Origin: a virus
Virus record (IMG/VR): IMGVR_UViG_3300045996_000592
Location: 1 to 64,000 of that record
Direction: 5' to 3' (one strand)
DNA length: 64,000 nt
The notes beneath the pieces were generated by a model. The model searched no databases. It was not told the DNA's origin and worked only from the letters and a program-made list of their open reading frames with translations. How positions within the stretch are numbered: position 1 is the first letter of the stretch; every line of letters begins with the position of its first letter. Positions 59,101 through 64,000 of the stretch are shown here, one piece after another. Both the position numbers and the translations under genes were made by a program.

Positions 59101-62100
59101 CGAGGTACCCTGTACGGTATCGTCGAACAGAGCATTACCGTTGGCCATATTCAGGAACCGGGTATAAGAACCGGAGTCACTTTCCTTCACATAAGGTTTA
59201 CCTACCTGGATAGCTGTAATGATCTCCTGCAGGTCTTCGGTTTTAGCCGGGGTAACTTCGCTGTAGGCCTCGGCTAACTTCTGTTGTGTCACCGTCCTCT
59301 TATCCTCAGGGATCGTAGCAGACACAGAATATCGTATATACTGGACAGACAGTCCTATACCCAGTTCCTGCTTTAACAGGTTGGATATCTCCTGTGCTTC
59401 GTTCGTTAGCTCCAGGTCTGAGACCTCTTTACGGTTCAATAGGGTGATAAGTGCAGATATGGCTTCAGTCTTCTCCAGTAAGAAGTTCTTCCTTTTTTCC
59501 TTTGTCGTAAGGTCGGAGAACGGTATCAGGTACTTGGTCTCAAACGCCTGCGCCCATTGGTCCACCTGCGTCTTACCGCCGTCTTTCCTGTTGGCTGCAA
59601 ATATCCGGGTACGGTTATCTTCCGATGTAGGGTCTATACCCATAAACAGGTACTGGACCCGGTGTTTCTGGAAATCCTTCAACATAGCCTGTACCTGAGA
59701 CGCTACCGTGTCCTGAGTCATTACAGGGGTACCGTCAGCCTCTATAGTCAGGCCGGCGTCAGAGAACAGTTTATTAACGAATTTCCCGGTATCACTGTCT
59801 TCATTCCGTAATATGTTGAGTCTCTGGATAACCTTCTCCTGCGAGGTGATACCGGCCATCTGTTTCAGTAAGCCATTATAAACGCTGTTCACGTTCACTG
59901 ACTGCATGATCGGCTCACCATCATTCTGCCCGGTCTCCTCACTATAGAGCCGGTCGTTACCGAAATCATCCGTATATGGGAACGCGGTAGTGGCTATGTA
60001 CTTACGGGTGACCATAGACAGGGAGCCATAACCGCCTATTGAGTAGGCGTTCTTCTTAAAGTCATCAGCTCCACGGTCACCAAGTTCATCTACTACAGTT
60101 TCATACTCCTCATCCTGCAGGCTCTGGTTATAACCCATGATACGCAGATGTACTTCTACCGCTTCTTTTAACGACTGCCTGTTCTCGGGATCAGTGAATA
60201 CGTTCTGGTAGGATTTTATCTTACCGTAATAATCAGCCAGCTTCCCGAGGTTACCACCAAAGATTGCCTTAGCCTTATCCTTGTACAGGGCCGGGTCGTA
60301 GGTCTTCTTATAAACGTCAAGTAGTTTTTCCAGCTCCTCGTTCGTGTTATACTCGGCCTTCTTACTCACTACCATATGGAAACTACGGGCGAACGCGGCC
60401 GCCAGTTTATCTCCTTCCTCCTGTGTCAGGTAACGCTGAACGGTAACCGTCTGGCCGTCCTCTGTTTTTATCACCTCTTTGTGAGACTTGATAGACTTCA
60501 GTGCCGGTTGGGTGATATGCTCGTGTTCCGGGTTAGTGAACCTGTTAGCGGCCAAGGTAGCGTTCTTATACTTACCACCTTCGATTTCGGAGAACAAACC
60601 TTCGATCTCCCCGCGGGTAAACCGGTCTATAAATTTCTTTATCCACTCCAGCAGACGGGCGAAGAACGACTTGGCGACATGGGAGGTCTCGATAGACTTA
60701 TTCGTCTTCCACTGGTCGAACCTGTCCGCCAGGTATTCCTCCAACGCACGTTCTTCCAGCTCTTTACGGCTCATCCCTTTATACATCGGGTGGAGCCCTT
60801 TGAGTTCTTCTATTCTGCGGTCTAGTCCTTTACCGACTTCCCGGCGGGCTATATCCAGTAACTGGGTTATCTTGTTATCTGGTAACAGCAGGCGGAAGAT
60901 CGCGTGGAACGCCTCGTGGTATTTATAAGGACTGTCTTCTCCTACGAATATCTTACCGCCGGTAACTGCTTTCTTACCGTTCAGGATTTCCAGTGAGCGC
61001 AGGAAATAACCTACAGTCACACTCTTCTCGGCCAGGTTCTTCGTTAGTTCTTTGAGTTCTTCTACGGAAATAAAGTCCGGAAGATTGTCCTTCACCCAGG
61101 AAACGAAACGGTCATAGTTTTCTACAGATAATCCTGTCAGTTCTTCCGGTTGCAGTACTTTTAATACCTCACCCTTGAACCGTGCGGCTACTCTGTCCGC
61201 CTCTTCACGGAACTCGGATACCGCCTGTATGATAGCGTCCTGTTCTTCTATCCCTTTAGCTGTCAGTTCACCTACACGATCATTCATCCACTCTTCCTCA
61301 CGTGCTATAAAACGATCCCAGTCGTTCTCTTCTTCTTCGGCCAGCACCACCCTGGTCCCCTCAGCTACATTTTGGATACGCTCAGGGACTTCCTCAACGA
61401 CCACTGGCTCTTTTTCCTCTTTAATAGGGACATAGTTCTCGACCGTAGGAGTAACTGAGTACACCAGTCCGGCATTCTTAACGATATTTTTACTTACTGA
61501 AGTAGTCAGAAGACTAGCCAGTACATCCGGATCAGTAACGGTAGCCGGGATGTGCTGCAGCATATTATCTGGGGTCAGGGTAAGCTCCAGATTGAATGCA
61601 GGGTTACTCTGCCGTACTTTATCAACAGCCTTCTTTATAGCCTTATTGACCTCTGTGATAAAGTCAATGGAGTCTTTGAACTGTAACCCCGTTTTCCCTG
61701 CGTCCACGTAGATCGCCGGCATCTTCAGGGTTTTATCGGAAGGGTTACTCAGGTGTACCCGCAGGCCACCGTTACTCACCAGCTCCACGTCTATATACCA
61801 TCCCTTGTTCTCAAACGGTACGGACAGGAACAGGGTACTCCCAATTACCTTGTTAACTTCATCCATGAGCGCGGGATCTACTTTCTCCCCATCTTTAAGC
61901 GCTGCCGTTTTCTCAGCCAGTTTAACTGAGTTCTTATTGATCGTGTCCAGCAGGGAATTAACCGCTTCTTCCGGCAACCTATCCGGGTAACACTCCACAT
62001 AAACCACCTTACCCCCGGGGAGCTCAATGGCCATGACATAACGCCCCAGGTTCTTACTCTTGTCATCCAGTTCCGTCAGTTTAGAACGTATAGCCCGGGA

Positions 62101-64000
62101 ATCCTTTAACCCGGCGTCCGTAATAACCGTTTCCGTAGGTATGGGCCCACCATCCTCGTAACGGGTAGTCCTGCTGACAAAATATTTCTTACCGTTGACC
62201 GAGTGATAATTCAGCTCCATCGGGCTCAGGCCTTCCTTCACAAAATCAAATTCTCCGGTAGTAGTAGCAAAACTCATCAGTTCAGACAACTTTTCCCCGG
62301 ATAGGACCAGGGACTTCTTATCCTTCATCTCCGCTGCGATCAGTATGCGGAGCTGGTCAGCCTGGATAGCATTATTTACGAACGCCTTATGAAGTTCTAT
62401 GGGATTACCCCCCTTTATGTCTGTCTTGAATATCCTGATAAAATCCTTTAGGGTGATATCCCGGGCACTGATCGTCTTACCGTCTATTTTAACCGTATAC
62501 AACCCGCCGTAAGTCAGGAACCCGACCGGGGTATCATTACCGTCAAGGTGTATAGCTACATTAAAGGGGTTGGAGTTTGTGAACAGGTAGGGGTTTGACG
62601 TCTTCCTGTTGGAGTACTGGGCGCCGTTATTTGGGGTAATCCTCACAGACAATCTGCTGTTCAGTTGGTCCTTTGGTATGGCTACCAGTATGTCACTCAT
62701 CTGTTGTTTGGCTGCCTCAGTTAACACCCCCCGTTCTTCCTGTGAGAGCCCTGACCATAAAACGGTGTCAGCCATTTCAGGGATATAAGGGTATATCCTG
62801 ACCAGCTCGTGTACACGGGTCAGCTTTAGGTTTTCTTCGGGTTTTTCTACAGGTTCCTCTACGGTCAGTTTTTCTATAGAAGACACCTGCAGTTTATCCT
62901 TACTGTTCGACGGGTTGACCAGAGTGAGGTAACTATCCTTTACACCGGATACACGCCACCTGCCTTCGGGGTTGGAAACTGTTTTCTTACCGGTGAGCAC
63001 TTCTCCTACGTGTAACGTCTTACCGTCAAACTCCACTGTATCGCTCTTTATCTTACCCGAGGAATAATCATTTTTGAAGGTGTCCACGGTATAACGCGAA
63101 CCGTCTGCGAACCGAAACTCATTACCGATAACACGGTCTACTGTAACAGTCCGTACTTCCCCTTCGTCATTCTTATAAGTAAACGACTTACCCACATACC
63201 AGTTAATATCCTCCGGGGCTTCTGCAGGAGTAAGCTCTTCTTCAGGCGACGCCTCGTCAGTGATGATCTCTGTGGCGAGTTCTTCCTTGACCTCTTCTAC
63301 ACCGGCCTCTTTCATCATCTCCTCTATCCTGGCCTGCAGAAGATTACGGGCCGCCTCTTCCAGCGCCTCTGCTACTTTATTATGAACCTTAATAAACTCC
63401 ACCGGGTTTACCAGTGTGTTATACGCCTGTATGTGCTTACCTGCCTGTTTGTCCAGCTTGATGTAATCCAGCAGTTGGCCCATGGTGTCCTCTACGTCCG
63501 ACTCCGATACGATAGACTTATTGTTATTCTGGGCGTTAACCGAGTTGATATAACCCCTGTAGGAGTTCAGCAGCTTACCCCGGAAGTCGGAGCGGGCCGA
63601 TGTCTCGTCCAGGTCGGTTAGTGGGTTCTCGTGTACTTCCCTGATACGTTCCAGGTTAGCCAGTTGTTCCTTCATCTGATTACGTAATTCAGCAGACTCG
63701 GCTATCCCCTCAAGTGTCTTTATCTCTTTGGTCAGGAGTTTGATCTCTTTTTCCAGCGTATCCAGACTACCAATAATGTCGAACGCCTTGTTTACGGATG
63801 CCCCGATACCCGGCACACGGGCTGCTTCCGACTTCAGCTGGGCGGCCCTTTTAACGGCCTGCTTCATCTTGTAGTCAGAGGTAGCCAGTATCTCGATGGC
63901 CTCATCCAGCGCTCTCTTGGCTACCAGGGCCTTAAAACGATCTGATTCAGGGTCGAGTATTTTCTCACCCTTGTCGTTCGTCAAGTCTTTACCGTCAGCA
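53191..64000 (-). CDS. Giant virion RNA polymerase polyprotein (crAss-like) with zincin domain; 5' end outside the window
   Basis: GVRIPSQ and SGADFDIDK (56437-56451) double-psi-barrel motifs; YHEAFH (60904-60918) with EE.LAD.F; frame open to the window edge. Confidence 0.92.
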   Translation of the reverse strand, partial: ADGKDLTNDKGEKILDPESDRFKALVAKRALDEAIEILATSDYKMKQAVKRAAQLKSEAARVPGIGASVNKAFDIIGSLDTLEKEIKLLTKEIKTLEGIAESAELRNQMKEQLANLERIREVHENPLTDLDETSARSDFRGKLLNSYRGYINSVNAQNNNKSIVSESDVEDTMGQLLDYIKLDKQAGKHIQAYNTLVNPVEFIKVHNKVAEALEEAARNLLQARIEEMMKEAGVEEVKEELATEIITDEASPEEELTPAEAPEDINWYVGKSFTYKNDEGEVRTVTVDRVIGNEFRFADGSRYTVDTFKNDYSSGKIKSDTVEFDGKTLHVGEVLTGKKTVSNPEGRWRVSGVKDSYLTLVNPSNSKDKLQVSSIEKLTVEEPVEKPEENLKLTRVHELVRIYPYIPEMADTVLWSGLSQEERGVLTEAAKQQMSDILVAIPKDQLNSRLSVRITPNNGAQYSNRKTSNPYLFTNSNPFNVAIHLDGNDTPVGFLTYGGLYTVKIDGKTISARDITLKDFIRIFKTDIKGGNPIELHKAFVNNAIQADQLRILIAAEMKDKKSLVLSGEKLSELMSFATTTGEFDFVKEGLSPMELNYHSVNGKKYFVSRTTRYEDGGPIPTETVITDAGLKDSRAIRSKLTELDDKSKNLGRYVMAIELPGGKVVYVECYPDRLPEEAVNSLLDTINKNSVKLAEKTAALKDGEKVDPALMDEVNKVIGSTLFLSVPFENKGWYIDVELVSNGGLRVHLSNPSDKTLKMPAIYVDAGKTGLQFKDSIDFITEVNKAIKKAVDKVRQSNPAFNLELTLTPDNMLQHIPATVTDPDVLASLLTTSVSKNIVKNAGLVYSVTPTVENYVPIKEEKEPVVVEEVPERIQNVAEGTRVVLAEEEENDWDRFIAREEEWMNDRVGELTAKGIEEQDAIIQAVSEFREEADRVAARFKGEVLKVLQPEELTGLSVENYDRFVSWVKDNLPDFISVEELKELTKNLAEKSVTVGYFLRSLEILNGKKAVTGGKIFVGEDSPYKYHEAFHAIFRLLLPDNKITQLLDIARREVGKGLDRRIEELKGLHPMYKGMSRKELEERALEEYLADRFDQWKTNKSIETSHVAKSFFARLLEWIKKFIDRFTRGEIEGLFSEIEGGKYKNATLAANRFTNPEHEHITQPALKSIKSHKEVIKTEDGQTVTVQRYLTQEEGDKLAAAFARSFHMVVSKKAEYNTNEELEKLLDVYKKTYDPALYKDKAKAIFGGNLGKLADYYGKIKSYQNVFTDPENRQSLKEAVEVHLRIMGYNQSLQDEEYETVVDELGDRGADDFKKNAYSIGGYGSLSMVTRKYIATTAFPYTDDFGNDRLYSEETGQNDGEPIMQSVNVNSVYNGLLKQMAGITSQEKVIQRLNILRNEDSDTGKFVNKLFSDAGLTIEADGTPVMTQDTVASQVQAMLKDFQKHRVQYLFMGIDPTSEDNRTRIFAANRKDGGKTQVDQWAQAFETKYLIPFSDLTTKEKRKNFLLEKTEAISALITLLNRKEVSDLELTNEAQEISNLLKQELGIGLSVQYIRYSVSATIPEDKRTVTQQKLAEAYSEVTPAKTEDLQEIITAIQVGKPYVKESDSGSYTRFLNMANGNALFDDTVQGTSWKNAEGELVWDFQNASYHLDRITDFNESSEIDKLKEDPFLKNNILLDNLHKVQATGGFNVVRADGLKVEKIDDDGGVNKLLEVNQIDGVSYGSFGPREFLIYTMNLYQGLESDKKIKIADETFWTARHLIRVLEASSTGDLVKLPVIRTVSKVNGKLKITEDTLNLLYNEVVREFDRIRRVKEQNETAVYPEGYIEGYHYETKDGQKVPGRGERFYQMRAALGELAAEIESSAADPEYKLDKNTVLKQLRTYFRSQVDGFLQELQDGKIITKNEDGSYQNNLLGGFIEKGFGNEDKDYGLNMIEGDIEHNVAQIFLNDYLNTLAMNQLLLGDESRSLKDAVDAVKRAKGANGSGPSIESIFTAPSLGIHHKNVSIQVAHIKSQKFKATYGKEDGKIADGQMYGSIKAARYTAFALGKLTPTLAKVLDKMEAGTPLNPQDREIFGKSGLIAEGRMLNSQKLVYYDGVDYDKMSVFFLSKQYTSFKDKEGRWHSRPGMEELHDLREAMDKAEAENPEQISFVGDLTTAKAIKRNAADSAAHLKNGDVSRYFMSRPARYMRLQLENPSNKVKITDPTQAKHVIMSEQADDTLVNFMGVETDGDGNPWTVGRIREMYLSDTSNRVSNNFYQARNDIFDIDQAMTELGTSIRSGSVTPKLAAFQERAVETLKASGADNQLIELFEVKDGQPLYNLNNPITLKKYTQLFLAYFSKGVMSEKVPGTSVALVSNYGTRVVRQALTSERDSSGRPLRSRIVRRSEQEKYLSKNPEYYKSAKKYNNPYDRVFEEPIEEGDFFIDDLRHNVTEYDERGNITGYYTEFMMPPMYEDLLKLLPEEKIPEFLTKMFGVRIPSQDKHSFVNLKLVDFIPEYYGSSAVFPHELIEISGADFDIDKLYIHWPEVFYKKGGKLQPFGSAVTPQEKFDEYKVWLKKNNRRYSDIINILKKTDPHYKEAQENLRSLLDKKSELRTQLEDLKWITNDDGKYDSLFKWSARDLKQAQVELSEEVTEANELVHDLNVMLEAQALREMGLPDSSEEYREATLNKELNNGVLNNRILQQKIALLGNSHMVTGNKPIAFQTAGIDSFKDILKEFQEIFKGTPAEKYFTEATSDVNSLLGKYYAFKNNKEGATNIGPAVNAMLTYSLLSTYGVEIRDSYINDQGAEVPFFKFRMGDRVIGAGYTNYHSYNPETGMFDGERINKQISDLVSVMTDNAKERLAALLGLNISATGYVANMIAQGVPLKTALLLIRQPIVQEYFAKTLLNKSAVTRSDEKKVKAEAVFTELRSRFSEVPEEDIPNITDDLLIENLKSPSELSEYAALKTFEGVVKQTIYYNKVAQVLKLTKGLGTSFEDVDKIKDNITELGLMMTNEEFSKAPVPFDLRQVLTGRDPELPHHLFMSAYIQILGQLEELEKSMFLEKTDVFNRIKGIVKANLSEPDRFNKERFESTLRDNLVSYLGIKAYQQMLKDKGRISALNSLDNRLIYDTADTGYNHIADIVNMVRSGLTGKKSNYLVNNFLHLIPTSETTVTGEIVPSRINRDGITKLDTNTWAKLSEYQVNKLQDSFTDLYQTREKFTDKNGNKFSGREVATALFHYLLVKDGGMYRSGSFIKFIPTFMFRDLLSATGLANDLMKTRRSDEDYENVFGIGQAELFNEFMTYYMTNSGSSFDIMFRKNGTPKFTATGIKVVDEYTAAESFKVEGEGGTGNTITIDLFGGIRKKYSPSKFSSEENHMLVRNKQMIEARGFGFYRTEARVVEDNPEFQMIERGKTEVLFPYVFKMKAGGGPFSRHEYYILESLEGKENEGLSDPHSFIQLGEVMARGVRAVYKRFEPEGSNKQWRLGRMFGELPTTSQLLIKRGVDNNIGELDSPSFLGDSKMYELEAAEYSSQQNPVSELKNNYDVVSTYTFGIGWFYMRDGKNIQVDPAHSDLMGKPMLPSEVLEYFNKKGNLGNQPAVPSDKEVQDGLRACGLTK

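Noticed and set aside
53332-63621. Numerous short + strand ORFs within the vRNAP gene, and similar antisense ORFs elsewhere
   Set aside because: Shadow frames of long real genes with no motifs or start context
47544-64000. Genome-wide stop-codon reassignment as in some crAss-like phages
   Set aside because: Giant late genes are uninterrupted in the standard code, and TGA/TAG end normally coupled genes

Overview
This 64-kb window is part of a crAss-like (Crassvirales-type) phage genome infecting a Bacteroidota host, read in the standard genetic code. The + strand (1-47.5 kb) is a dense early/middle region: SF2 helicase, Ung, DnaB, ThyX, RecT-like SSAP, SSB-like protein, DnaG, PD-(D/E)xK exonuclease, MazG-like enzyme, PolA, dNMP kinase, a Prs/NAMPT-like (NARP1-type) NAD+ module and many small ORFs. 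The - strand (47.5-64 kb) encodes three convergent virion cargo proteins, including a >3597-aa virion RNA polymerase (DFDID motif, zincin HEAFH). Unusual points: (1) a tyrosine integrase next to a complete-looking attP (5' fragment of tRNA-Arg(UCU), arm-type repeats, IHF site), suggesting a temperate crAss-like phage; (2) a recurrent 13-bp pseudo-palindrome overlapping Bacteroidota-type promoters across the genome; (3) about 10 proteins ending in ssrA-like -AA; (4) terminal cysteines on otherwise Cys-poor cargo proteins; (5) a QLDLF-bearing orphan peptide downstream of polA, possibly the scar of a PolB-to-PolA swap; (6) strong CCGG enrichment. All calls come from motif recognition by eye; no database searches were run.
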